Notes: generated by a model from the sequence alone, not told the origin. A DNA stretch of 63,228 nucleotides, filler included, from Sandaracinaceae bacterium (GCA_947483975.1; 11 parts of 11 records of this genome joined end to end with filler, not necessarily neighbours in it), one strand, 5' to 3'; shown: positions 34,807-44,461, counted from the whole stretch's first letter. Program-made: numbers and translations.

Positions 34807-35330
34807 CCCCCACCGGCGGGGCAGCGCTCGCGGCGCCCCGCGCGGACGTCGCGGCGCGCCCGGACGCCGCCATCGACGTCGAGGACGGCGCGCACCGCCT
34901 CTTTCTCCGCAGCGACGCGCGGCACGACAGCGCTCGGGTCGAGCGCCTGCACCCGCCCGCCGGGGCGAGCCACGAGTGGCGCTGCCAGATGCCGTGCGCG
35001 CTGACGCTCGCGCCCGGCGAATATCAGCTGTCGATGACGAGCCTCGGGCTCGACGAGGTGCTCAGGCTCGAGTCCGCCGACGTGTTCGTCGAGGGACGGC
35101 CCGCGAGCAAGGTGGAGCTGTGGCTCGGCGTCGGGCTCGGCGTCGCGGGCCTCGCGTTTCTCACGTACTCGCTCCTCGCCGGCGAAGGCGCCTGCTTCAG
35201 CCTCGGCGCGAGCTGCCCAGCCGCGCGCGGCCCGCTCGCCCTCGGCGCGGGGGGCTTCGCGCTGGCCCTCGGCGTCGGGCTGATGTTCGACTCGAGCGGC
35301 TTTCTCGACGTGACGAGCGTTCGGCTCTAG
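34807..35330 (+). CDS. Hypothetical protein with CxxPC motif and two C-terminal TM helices (5' truncated)
   Basis: WRCQMPCALTLAPGEY followed by a hydrophobic hairpin. Confidence 0.5.
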
Positions 35331-35352
35331 CGCTCGACCGCACCCCCGCGCG

Positions 35353-36162
35353 ATGACCTCCTCGACGCCCAGCCGGCTCCGCTACGACTGCGACCTCGCG
35401 CTGCTGCCCGCCGCGCTCGCGCACGCCTTCGTGCCGCTCGCCGACGACGAGGCGACGCGGGCGTTCGTCGCGCAGCGCCCGCATGGCGCGCTGAAGACGC
35501 TCGCGCGCGGGGCGCTCGGGCGCGTGCTCAGCGACTACGACGCGAACGCGCTGCTCGACTTCTATCCGATGCATCTGCTCTCGACGGCGCAGTGGCGAAC
35601 GCTGCTCGGCGAGGACGTCGGCGCGCGGCTCCTCGACGTCGGCGCAGGCTCCGGCGATGTGCTCTCCGCGCTCGCGCCCCTCTTTCGCGAGGTGACGACG
35701 ACGGAGACCTCGCGCGGCATGGCGCGCAAGCTGCGCGCGCGCGGGTACACCTGTCACGCCGTCGATCTCGCCGAAGCCGCGCTGCCGTCCGAGAGCGCGT
35801 CCTTCGACGTCGTCTCGCTGCTGCACGTCCTCGATCGCGCGCGCCGCCCGCTGACGCTCCTCGAGCGGGCAGCCGCGCTCGTCGCCCCCGGCGGAAGGCT
35901 GCTCGTCGCGACGCCGCTGCCGCTCTCGACGCACGTGCACGTCGCGGGCGGCACCGTCGACGCCGAGGAGGTGCTCCCGACGGACGCTGACGACCGCGCC
36001 TGGGAGCCGGCGCTCTGCTCGCTCGTGACGCGCGTGCTCGCGCCGCTTCAGCTCACGGTCGAGCGCGTCACACGCGCGCCGTACCTCAGCCGAGGCGACA
36101 CAGACGCACCGCTCTATGTGCTCGACGACGCGCTCGTAGTGCTGCGCAAACCGAGCGCGTAG
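35353..36162 (+). CDS. Class I SAM methyltransferase, METTL9/DREV-like
   Basis: Motif I LLDVGAGSG plus METTL9-type blocks NALL..MHLLS..QW..LL, FDVVSLLHVLDR...PLTLL and TRAPYLSRGD....YVLDDALVVL. Confidence 0.8.
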   Translation: MTSSTPSRLRYDCDLALLPAALAHAFVPLADDEATRAFVAQRPHGALKTLARGALGRVLSDYDANALLDFYPMHLLSTAQWRTLLGEDVGARLLDVGAGSGDVLSALAPLFREVTTTETSRGMARKLRARGYTCHAVDLAEAALPSESASFDVVSLLHVLDRARRPLTLLERAAALVAPGGRLLVATPLPLSTHVHVAGGTVDAEEVLPTDADDRAWEPALCSLVTRVLAPLQLTVERVTRAPYLSRGDTDAPLYVLDDALVVLRKPSA

Positions 36163-36206
36163 CGCTCCGCTTTTTTTTGCGGCGGCGCGACGATGCCCCT
36201 GCCCGC

Positions 36207-36578
36207 TCAGGCGTCGAGCTTGCGGCGCAGCGCGAGCAGCGGTCGCTCGCCCTTGGTGCTGACCTCGCCCTCACACGCCGCGGAGTCTCGCGCGAGGTCG
36301 CGGCAGGTGTCTGGGCGTGTGTCGTACACCGCGCAGAGGAAGCGCCCGCCGGTCAGGCGCAGGGACGCGCAGTGCCCCTCTTCCATGCGCATGAACGCAT
36401 GATAGCCGTCGAAGGAGACGCACTCCGCGGCGTCCTCGCCGAGGCGCGCGTAGTCGTCGCCGGTGACGGCGACGTAGGGCAAGAGGTGCGAAAAGCAGCA
36501 GGTCCCGCAGGTCGTGCAGTCATCTGGCAACAGGTGGCGCGACCCGCGCCTGGTCTGCGCGGAGCGCATCGAATTCAT
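36207..36578 (-). CDS. YkgJ-family cysteine-cluster (Zn/Fe-chelating) protein
   Basis: CTTCGTCC ... GHCASL ... CAVYDTRPDTCR ... C. Confidence 0.85.
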   Translation of the reverse strand: MNSMRSAQTRRGSRHLLPDDCTTCGTCCFSHLLPYVAVTGDDYARLGEDAAECVSFDGYHAFMRMEEGHCASLRLTGGRFLCAVYDTRPDTCRDLARDSAACEGEVSTKGERPLLALRRKLDA

Positions 36579-37377
36579 CGCAGTCGTGCGCAGAGAACAC
36601 GCTCAGATCGGCCGTGTGCGCGCGCGCTAGCTCCCCGAGGCGCGCGTGGTTCTCCCGGACGCGCGCGGCGTCGATCGCCACGGTCTGCTCGAAGAGCCCG
36701 AGGCCGAAGGGCGTGCCCGTGCCGTCGAGCGTGCGCCGCGAGAAGTACGCGTCCCCTGCGTGCAGCAGCCAGCGGGAGCCGGTGTCGACGGCGACGCACG
36801 CGTGCCCGCGCGTGTGCCCGGCGAGCGGGATCGCGAGGATCTCTGGGGGCAAACCCGGCAGCTCGCGCACGGCGGCGAAGCCCTTCCAAGGCTCGCCCGT
36901 CTGACCGTAAGGAGCCCAGTCGGGGCTGTGCGCGAAGTGCACGCGACGATAGCGATTGCGCTCCATCACCGTCGGGCGGTCGAGCGCCGCCGCGCGCTCC
37001 GCGACGTGCACGTGCACCTTCGCCCAGGGGAAGTCCGCGAGCCCGCCCGCGTGATCGAGGTCGAGGTGCGTGACGAGGATATGCCGCACCTCGCGCGGGT
37101 CGAAGCCGAGCGCCTTCACCTGCTCGAACGCCGACATCTTCGGGCTCCCGGCGACCAAGCCCGTCACCGCGACGAAGCCTCGGCCGAGGCGCGCGACGGG
37201 CGCGGCGAGGTCCTCGAGTCCGATGCCGGTGTCGACGAGCACGAGGCCGCTCGCCGCCGTCTCGACGAGCAGGCAGTGCGCGACCATGCGCCCGCGCCGC
37301 AGCATCGAGCCGCGTCCGTGGACGAGGCGCTCGGGGTACGGACACATCGTGCAGCAGTCGAGGTGATGGACGCGCAT
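36520..37377 (-). CDS. Metallo-beta-lactamase-fold hydrolase (AHL-lactonase-like subgroup)
   Basis: LVDTG, THLDLDHAGG, GHTRGH, GDA, SAHD. Confidence 0.88.
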   Translation of the reverse strand: MRVHHLDCCTMCPYPERLVHGRGSMLRRGRMVAHCLLVETAASGLVLVDTGIGLEDLAAPVARLGRGFVAVTGLVAGSPKMSAFEQVKALGFDPREVRHILVTHLDLDHAGGLADFPWAKVHVHVAERAAALDRPTVMERNRYRRVHFAHSPDWAPYGQTGEPWKGFAAVRELPGLPPEILAIPLAGHTRGHACVAVDTGSRWLLHAGDAYFSRRTLDGTGTPFGLGLFEQTVAIDAARVRENHARLGELARAHTADLSVFSAHDCDEFDALRADQARVAPPVAR

Positions 37378-37439
37378 GGGCGAAGCGTGATGGTAGTCGA
37401 TTCGCCGACGCGGCGGCTCTCCGCGTATGCTGTCGCGTA

Positions 37440-39167
37440 ATGGACGGCATTCCTGCCTCGGTGATGGCGGCTATCGCGGGGAGCGCGGCCGCCGGGAAGA
37501 ACCCTTGGCTGCCCTTCGGGCTGCTGTTCTTGCTCGCGGCGCCGGACGCGACGCCGACGATGCTCATGGACCCTGGGCTGCACGACTCGCTGCACGCGCT
37601 CGGTCCGGCGGGGCTGCTCTACGGGCTCGGCACGGCGTTCCTGACGCTCTCGATCCTCGACTCGCTCGCCGACAAGATCCCGATCGTCGAGCGCTGGCTC
37701 GTGCCCGTCTCGACGGCCTGGCGCCCCTTCGCCGGCATCGCCGTCGCGTCGCTCGTCGCGGTCGCTGCGTCTCAGGCGGCCGCGCGCGCCGACGCGCTCC
37801 ACCCCGCGCTCGAGGCCGTGCGCGTGCTGCCGCTGCCCGTGGTCGCCGCCGACCTGAGCGCGCTCTTCGTCGGCACCTCGGTGCTCGTGCTCTCGATCGG
37901 GCTTGGCGCCGTGTACGCCGCGATCTCGACCTTCAGCAAGACCGGCACGCGCCTGTTGCTCTCGATGGTGCCGCTCCCCGGGCTGCGGCTCGCGCACTCG
38001 TTCGTCGACGATCTCTTCGCGCTCGGCGTGTGCGTCTTCGGTTTCGCGCACGCGCACAGCGTGCTCTTCATGGTCGCCGCGGGGCTGTATCTGCTCATCG
38101 GGCTCGTCACGGGGCCGCTCTTGACGCGCCTGACGTTGATCCACGTGCGCATCGGCTGGTCCCTGCTGCGCAAGGGGCACCGCGTGCTCGCCGCGGACGG
38201 CGCGCCGGTCGCGCACGAAACGCCCGCGTGGCTCGCGCGCGCGCTGAAGGACGCAGGGCTCGACCCCGCGCAGTGCACCGTCGTGCCCGCGTACAGCTAC
38301 CACGCGCCGGTCGTCGGGCGCGTGCGCAGCGGCTGGCTGGTGTTCGCGCCGCACGCGGTGTGGTTCGCGGCGCGCGTGCTGTGGCGCCCCCGCATCCTCG
38401 CCGTCGAGGGCGACACCCTGGCGCGCGTCGGGCTCGCGCAGACCACGACCGCGCGCATGGTGACGCTCGTCGACCGCACGCCGAACGGCGGGCTGCGCGA
38501 GGCGCTGCTCTATCTCTATCCCGCGGAGGCGTCGGCGATCGTGCCGCTGCTCGAGCGCGCGGCGGGCGGCGCGAAGCTCGTGCGCGTGCGCATCGACTCG
38601 GGCTCTGCGCGCGAGGGGCTCCCCGGCTACGCGCATCGCCACGAGTCCGTGCGCTATCTGCCGGCCGACCAAGCGGGCTCGCTGCGCACGCAGGCGCTGA
38701 CGACGCTGATCGCGGCGGTCGTGCTCGGCGTGCTCTCGGGCGGGCTGTTCGTGCCGATCGGCGCGGGCTATGCGCTCTCGCCGTATCCGCGGCGGTTCGT
38801 GTTCGGGCTGCTCGTCTCGTCGTATCTGACGCTCTGCGTGGTCGGCTCGATCGGGCTCGGCTGGCCCGCGGCGGTGATCTACGCGGCGCTGATGAACGCG
38901 ATCGCGCTCCGGGACCTCGTGCGGCTGGCGCTCAAGGCGCGCGTCGACGGCTTCGTCGACAAGCGCGCGTTCTTGCCACCCGTCTGCGACCGCGTGTGGG
39001 TCCCGGCGAGCGGAGTGCGCACGCCCGACGACGCCTGGCGCGAGAGCGACGGCGTCCCCGTCACCGACGGCGGCTGGCGCAGCGTCGTGCGCTGGCTCGA
39101 CGAAGGGCTCGAGAAGCTCGTGCCGACGGTGCCCGGCTCTGGCGCGGGGCTCACGCCGCGCCCTTGA
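37440..39167 (+). CDS. DUF4126-like membrane protein with long C-terminal extension
   Basis: GKNPWLP, LADKIP, WRPFAG and SFVDD match the DUF4126 pattern; extra soluble domain and TMs follow. Confidence 0.65.
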   Translation: MDGIPASVMAAIAGSAAAGKNPWLPFGLLFLLAAPDATPTMLMDPGLHDSLHALGPAGLLYGLGTAFLTLSILDSLADKIPIVERWLVPVSTAWRPFAGIAVASLVAVAASQAAARADALHPALEAVRVLPLPVVAADLSALFVGTSVLVLSIGLGAVYAAISTFSKTGTRLLLSMVPLPGLRLAHSFVDDLFALGVCVFGFAHAHSVLFMVAAGLYLLIGLVTGPLLTRLTLIHVRIGWSLLRKGHRVLAADGAPVAHETPAWLARALKDAGLDPAQCTVVPAYSYHAPVVGRVRSGWLVFAPHAVWFAARVLWRPRILAVEGDTLARVGLAQTTTARMVTLVDRTPNGGLREALLYLYPAEASAIVPLLERAAGGAKLVRVRIDSGSAREGLPGYAHRHESVRYLPADQAGSLRTQALTTLIAAVVLGVLSGGLFVPIGAGYALSPYPRRFVFGLLVSSYLTLCVVGSIGLGWPAAVIYAALMNAIALRDLVRLALKARVDGFVDKRAFLPPVCDRVWVPASGVRTPDDAWRESDGVPVTDGGWRSVVRWLDEGLEKLVPTVPGSGAGLTPRP

Positions 39168-39260
39168 ACACGCGCGGGGCTGACGCCGCGCCCTTGAACA
39201 CGCGCGGGGCTGACGCCGCGCCGTTGAACGCGCGCGGGGCTGACGCCGCGCCCTCGAGCG
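39141..39260. repeat. Four tandem 30-bp palindromic units (REP/BIME-like)
   Basis: cgcgcggggctgacgccgcgcccttgaaca and variants at 39141, 39171, 39201 and 39231; each forms gcgcgg-loop-ccgcgc; no unique spacers. Confidence 0.85.
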
Positions 39261-39313
39261 CTCGCCGGGCGCCCGCGTAGAACGAACGACGGCGCCGCCC
39301 GTCCAAGGACGCC

Positions 39314-40402
39314 ATGAACCGTCGCCGCTTCGGCTCGCTCCTCGCCGCGCTCCTCGCGCTGCTCTGTGTCGGCTACGGGCTCGCCGAAGCGCAGCGGCGC
39401 CCGACGGTCGCGTCAGGGCTGACCGTGCACGAGTGGGGCGTGTGGCGCCTCAACGCGACGGGGCAGCGCGTCACGCACCTGCAGGACCTCGCGAACGAGT
39501 CGCCCGGCTTCATGTTCCGCGTCGACGGCGCGACCTCGGCGCCCCTCGTGCACGGCGCGCAGCCGCAGCCGCTGCCTCCGCCGAATCCCGTTCATCCCGT
39601 TCATCCGGTTCATCCCGTTCATCCCGCGCCGCCCATCGGTCCGCAGTCGTGGAGCGGCGTGCAGGTCCAGCCCGGCAACGTCGTCGCGCGCAAGCCGGTC
39701 ATCTTCCTTCAGGCGCGCCGCGAGACCGACGTCCGCCTCGAGGTGCGCTTCGTCGGCGGGGACCCGTGGCTGCACTACCCGGCCGCGCAGATCTTGCGGG
39801 ACGGCGGGGACCCCGGGCTGCGCTTCGTCGGTCGGGTCGCGCCGCGCGCCGCGACGCGCCTCGCGCCGGTGGCCGCCGGGCACTTCTGGCAGGGGCTGCG
39901 CGACGTCGGCGCCGGGCTCTTCCTCGCGCCCGATGGCACCGCGGAGCAGTTCCTCTTCTACGACGGGCCCGTCGCGTTCACGCCCTCGTTTCAAGCGCCC
40001 TCGGACGCCGAGCCGCTCGTGCGCCTGCAGGGCGCGCAGGAGACCATCGCCTTCCGCGTCAGCGGCAGCACCTACGAGCGCTGGACCGTCGTGCCGCCGG
40101 GCGCCGGCGCCGGGGCGAGCCTCACGCAGCCGATGACCCGGAGCGCGGGCGGTGATCTCGTCGCGTTCCGGCGCGAGCTCGAGCGCACCGCGCGCGCCCA
40201 AGGCCTCAACGCCGCAGAGGCGCGCTCGCTCCTCGACACCTGGGGCGACGAGCTCTTCGGCGTGCCCGGCGGGCCCGCGCCCGCGCCGCGCCTCGTCTAC
40301 TTCATCACACGCGCTCGCTACGACGCGATGCTGCCCTTGCGCGTCTCGCCGACGCCGGACGCCGTCGTGCGCGTCGGGCTCGTCATCGTGCCGCGCAGCT
40401 GA
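39314..40402 (+). CDS. Secreted hypothetical protein (HEWG / KPVI family) with (PVH)4 repeat
   Basis: Signal peptide, LTVHEWG, RKPVIFL, FLFYDG and GLNAAEA..LLDTW; 9-bp repeats at about 39587-39625. Confidence 0.7.
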   Translation: MNRRRFGSLLAALLALLCVGYGLAEAQRRPTVASGLTVHEWGVWRLNATGQRVTHLQDLANESPGFMFRVDGATSAPLVHGAQPQPLPPPNPVHPVHPVHPVHPAPPIGPQSWSGVQVQPGNVVARKPVIFLQARRETDVRLEVRFVGGDPWLHYPAAQILRDGGDPGLRFVGRVAPRAATRLAPVAAGHFWQGLRDVGAGLFLAPDGTAEQFLFYDGPVAFTPSFQAPSDAEPLVRLQGAQETIAFRVSGSTYERWTVVPPGAGAGASLTQPMTRSAGGDLVAFRRELERTARAQGLNAAEARSLLDTWGDELFGVPGGPAPAPRLVYFITRARYDAMLPLRVSPTPDAVVRVGLVIVPRS

Positions 40403-40536
40403 GCCTCAGCGGCTGCGCGGCGAACGGCGCGAGCGCNNNNNNNNNNNNNNNNNNNNNNNNNNNNNNNNNNNNNNNNNNNNTTAATTAATTAANNNNNNNN
40501 NNNNNNNNNNNNNNNNNNNNNNNNNNNNNNNNNNNN

Positions 40537-40912
40537 CGCGATCCCCGCGCCTCCCGACGTCGCCGCGGTGCCCCGGGACGCGCAGCGCACGCCGAGCGGG
40601 CTCGCGTCGAAGGTCGTCACGCCCGGTCGCGGCACGCGCCATCCCGCCGCGACCTCGCGCGTGGAGGTGCACTACACGGGCTGGAAGCTCGACGGCACGA
40701 TGTTCGACTCGTCCGTGCAGCGCGGCAGCCCCGCGCAGTTTCCGCTCAACGGCGTCATCCGCGGCTGGACCGAGGGTGTGCAGCTGATGGTCGAGGGCGA
40801 GAAGCGCCGCTTCTGGATCCCCGCTGACCTCGCCTACGGTGAGAACCCGGGCGGCGGTCGCCCCGGCGGAATGCTCGTCTTCGACGTCGAGCTGCTCCGC
40901 ATTCTCGACTGA
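40537..40912 (+). CDS. FKBP-type peptidyl-prolyl isomerase (5' truncated)
   Basis: VEVHYTGW..DG..FDSS, VIRGWTEG, IPADLAYG, LVFDVELL. Confidence 0.95.
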
Positions 40913-41021
40913 ACGCTCCAACGACGCTGGCTCACGCCTCGTGGCGTGAGCCCTTGGTTCTTCTGAGCTGGCTCACTGCGGCCGCGCGGCGCGTGGCGCC
41001 GGCATAGATCTCGAGGCCGCA

Positions 41022-43955
41022 GTGACCGACGCCGTGACGACCGACTCCGCAACGATCGACTACAAATCTACGATCCGCCTCCCGAAGACGGACTTCCCGA
41101 TGAAGGCCAACCTGGCGCAGCGCGAGCCCGAGACGCTCACGCGCTGGGCAGAGGAGCGCGTCTACGAGCGCGCCCTCGAGGCGAGGAAAGACGCGCCCGC
41201 GTTCGTCTTCCACGATGGGCCGCCCTACGCGAACGGGCACATCCACTACGGGCACATCCTCAACAAGGTGCTCAAGGACATCGTCACGAAGTACCAGCTG
41301 CTCGCCGGGCGGGCCGCGCGCTTCGTGCCGGGCTGGGACTGCCACGGGCTGCCGATCGAGCTCAACGTCGAGAAGGCGCACCGCTCGAGCACGCGCCCGC
41401 AGCTGCGCGCGGCGTGTCGCGTCGAGGCCGAGAAGTGGATCGACGCGCAGCGCGCAGAGTTCGAGCGGCTCGGCGTCTTCGGCACCTGGACCGAGCCGTA
41501 CCTGACGATGCAGCCCGGCTACGAGCAGGGCATCGTCGAGGCGCTCGCGGCGTTCGTGAAGAACGGCCTCGTCTACCGCGGCAAGAAGCCCGTCTATTGG
41601 TGCGGCAACGACCGCACGGCGCTCGCCGAGGCCGAGGTCGAGTACGCGCCGCACACGAGCCCGAGCATCTACGTGAAGTTCCCGGTGCTCGGCGACGACG
41701 CGCGCAAGCTGCACGCGGCAGCCGGCCTCGCGGAGAGCGGCGCGCCCACGTACGCGCTCATCTGGACGACGACGCCGTGGACGCTCCCGTCGAACCTCGC
41801 GATCGCGGTCAATCCGCACTACGCGTACACGCTCGTCGACGTCGTCGTGGACGGCGTGACGGAGCGCTGGCTCCTCGCCAAGGACATGGTCGAGCGCGTG
41901 CTCACCGCGACGAGCTTCGCGGGCAGTCAGAAGACCGGCACCGTCGTCGGCCACGCGATCGAGGGTGAGGCGCTCGAGGCTGCGGGCGTCGTCGCGCGGC
42001 ATCCCTTCGAGGACCGCGGCTCGCCGCTGATCGCGGGCGATCACGTCACGCTCGAGGCGGGCACGGGCCTCGTGCACACCGCGCCTGGGCACGGCGCGGA
42101 CGACTACATCCTCGGGCGCAAGCACGGCCTCGACACCTTCGCGCCGCTCGACGACGCCGCGCGCTTCACGGGCGAGGTGCGCGCCGAGTGGACGGGCAAG
42201 CACGTCTTCGAGGTGAACCCGCTCGTCGTGAAACTGCTCGCTGACACCGGCCGCCTCGCGAACCGCGAGGGCGAGATGCTCGGCCACAGCTACCCGCACT
42301 GCTGGCGCTGCAAGAAGCCCGTGATCTTCCGCGCGACGACGCAGTGGTTCATCTCGCTCGATGAGCCGATGACCGCGCACGCCGAGCAAAAGTCGCTGCG
42401 AAAGGTGGCGCTCGAGGAGATCGACGCGATGGCCGCGGGGCGTGACGTCGCGCCGGGCGAGAGCGGCTGGATCCCGTCGTGGGGCCGGGACCGCATCCAC
42501 GGGATGATCAAGGATCGCCCCGACTGGTGCATCTCGCGGCAGCGCGCGTGGGGCGTGCCGATCCCGGCGTTCCACTGCAAGGGCTGCGGGCACGTCGACC
42601 TCTCGGAGTCGACGCTGCACCACGTCGCCGCGGTCTTCGGGCGCGACGGCGCGGACGTCTGGTACACGCGCGAGGCGAGCGAGCTGACGCCGCCCGGCTA
42701 CGCCTGCCCGAAGTGCGGCGGCGCGGAGCACGACAAGGACCCGAACATCCTCGATGTGTGGTTCGAGTCGGGTGCGTCGTTCTGGAGCGTGATGCGCTCC
42801 GGCGCGTATGGGAACAGCACGGAGCTGCCCGTGGACCTCTACCTCGAGGGCTCCGATCAGCACCGCGGCTGGTTCCACAGCTCGCTCTTGATCGGCTGCG
42901 CGGTGCTTGGACGCGCGCCGTACAAGCGCGTGCTGACGCACGGCTTCGTCTGCGACGAGCAGGGGCGCCCGTACTCGAAGAGCGACATCCGCCGTCGGCA
43001 GGAGGCGGGCGAGAAGGTCGAGTACATCGACCCTCAGCAGCTCATCAAGACGGACGGCGCCGAGATGCTGCGCCTCTGGGCGGCGTACGAGGACTACCGC
43101 TCGGACGTGCGCTACTCGAAGGCGCACCTCGCGCAGGTGAGCGACGCGTATCGCAAGGTGCGCAACACGCTGCGCTTCTTGCTCGGCAACCTCGACGGCT
43201 GGGATCCGACGACGCCCGAGCCCGCCGAGCTCGACGTGCTCGACGCCTGGGCGCGCGCGCGGCTGCGCAAGTACCTCGCCGACGTGCACGCGGCGTACGA
43301 GGCGTTCGACTTCCGCACCGTCTATCACCGCACGGTCGAGCTCTGCACCGGCGAGTGGTCGACCTTCTACCTCGACGTGCTCAAGGACCGCCTCTACTGC
43401 GACGCGGACGACTCTCCGCGCCGCCGGAGCGCGCAGGCGACCATCGACCGCATCGCCCGCGCGACCATCGCCGGGCTCGCGCCCGTGCTCTGCTTCACGG
43501 CGGACGAGGCGTGGCGTCATCTGCCGGGCGAGGCGGGGCGCAGCGTGTTCCTCGGCGCGCGGATCGAGGGCGCGAGCGCCGAGCCCGGCGACGCGGCGCT
43601 CCTCGCGGCCAACGACGCGCTCTCGCTCGTGCGTACGGCGCTCAACGCAGCGTACGAGCCGCAGGTGAAGAGCAAGGCGCTCGGGCATCGCCGCGAGGTC
43701 CGCGCGACGCTCGCGCTGCCGCCCGCGCTGCGTGACGCGCTCGGTCCCTTCGTGCCTGAGCTCGCGGATCTGCTCACCATCGCCGAGGTCGAGCTCGTCG
43801 ACGGCGAGGCGCTCGCCGCGACGGTCGCGAAGACCGACGCGGCCGCGTGCCCGCGCTGCTGGCGCCATCGCCGTGACGTCGGCGCGCGCGCCGCTCATCC
43901 CGCGCTCTGCGTGCGCTGCGCGGACGTCCTCGCCTCCCGCGGAGACGCTCCGTGA
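41022..43955 (+). CDS. ileS: Isoleucine--tRNA ligase (type 1 architecture)
   Basis: LPKTDFPM, DGPPYANG, PGWDCHGLPIE, WTTTPWTLP, DWCISRQR, EGSDQHRGWF and C-terminal zinc finger CPRCW..LCVRC. Confidence 0.97.
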   Translation: MTDAVTTDSATIDYKSTIRLPKTDFPMKANLAQREPETLTRWAEERVYERALEARKDAPAFVFHDGPPYANGHIHYGHILNKVLKDIVTKYQLLAGRAARFVPGWDCHGLPIELNVEKAHRSSTRPQLRAACRVEAEKWIDAQRAEFERLGVFGTWTEPYLTMQPGYEQGIVEALAAFVKNGLVYRGKKPVYWCGNDRTALAEAEVEYAPHTSPSIYVKFPVLGDDARKLHAAAGLAESGAPTYALIWTTTPWTLPSNLAIAVNPHYAYTLVDVVVDGVTERWLLAKDMVERVLTATSFAGSQKTGTVVGHAIEGEALEAAGVVARHPFEDRGSPLIAGDHVTLEAGTGLVHTAPGHGADDYILGRKHGLDTFAPLDDAARFTGEVRAEWTGKHVFEVNPLVVKLLADTGRLANREGEMLGHSYPHCWRCKKPVIFRATTQWFISLDEPMTAHAEQKSLRKVALEEIDAMAAGRDVAPGESGWIPSWGRDRIHGMIKDRPDWCISRQRAWGVPIPAFHCKGCGHVDLSESTLHHVAAVFGRDGADVWYTREASELTPPGYACPKCGGAEHDKDPNILDVWFESGASFWSVMRSGAYGNSTELPVDLYLEGSDQHRGWFHSSLLIGCAVLGRAPYKRVLTHGFVCDEQGRPYSKSDIRRRQEAGEKVEYIDPQQLIKTDGAEMLRLWAAYEDYRSDVRYSKAHLAQVSDAYRKVRNTLRFLLGNLDGWDPTTPEPAELDVLDAWARARLRKYLADVHAAYEAFDFRTVYHRTVELCTGEWSTFYLDVLKDRLYCDADDSPRRRSAQATIDRIARATIAGLAPVLCFTADEAWRHLPGEAGRSVFLGARIEGASAEPGDAALLAANDALSLVRTALNAAYEPQVKSKALGHRREVRATLALPPALRDALGPFVPELADLLTIAEVELVDGEALAATVAKTDAAACPRCWRHRRDVGARAAHPALCVRCADVLASRGDAP

Positions 43956-44461
43956 CGCTCGTCGCGCGACGCTGGCTGCTGGCTGCGACCATCGTCGTCA
44001 GCGGCGTCGCGCTCGATCAGCTCACGAAGCGCATCGCCGACGCGAAGCTGCGATCGGTCCAGATCGTCAGCGTCGTCGAGGGCTTCTTCGAGCTGCGCTA
44101 CTCGCGGAACACGGGCGCCTTCTTCAGCCTCGGCGAGTCAGTGCCCGATGGCCCGCGGCGCGTCGGCTTCGTCGTGCTGACGCTCGCCGCGATCGGCCTG
44201 ATGGCGCACCTCTACCGCAAGGCGGGCGAGTCGCAGAGGCTGCTCCGCTGGGCGCTGGTGCTCCTCTGCACGGGCGCGATCGGCAACCTCATCGACCGCG
44301 TGCTCTACGGGGAGGTCATCGACTTCCTGCACCTGCACGTCCGCGAGGTCTTTCACTGGGCGACGTTCAACGTCGCGGACATCTACATCGCCGGCGGGCT
44401 CGTGCTGCTCGTCTGGGACCTCGTGCGCGCGCCGCGAGGGAAGGCTAAGGAACCCGCGTGA
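43952..44461 (+). CDS. lspA: Lipoprotein signal peptidase II (copy 1)
   Basis: DQLTK, NTGAFFS, GNLIDR, VIDF, FNVAD. Confidence 0.93.
   Translation: MTLVARRWLLAATIVVSGVALDQLTKRIADAKLRSVQIVSVVEGFFELRYSRNTGAFFSLGESVPDGPRRVGFVVLTLAAIGLMAHLYRKAGESQRLLRWALVLLCTGAIGNLIDRVLYGEVIDFLHLHVREVFHWATFNVADIYIAGGLVLLVWDLVRAPRGKAKEPA

Noticed and set aside
39141..39260. 30-bp palindromic repeats as a CRISPR array for the cas1-cas2 pair
   Set aside because: The units are head-to-tail with no unique spacers, do not resemble I-E repeats, and lie on a different contig.
39587..39625. (PVH)4 repeat as a substrate for the METTL9-like enzyme
   Set aside because: The spacing is HxxH, not the HxH motif METTL9 recognises, and the protein is predicted to be secreted.
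23539..43898. Very long antisense or alternate-frame ORFs (e.g. 23539-26796, 40932-43898, and the 5' part of 13967-17413)
   Set aside because: Shadow ORFs of real genes caused by stop-codon scarcity in high-GC DNA; Arg/Ala-rich with no family motifs.
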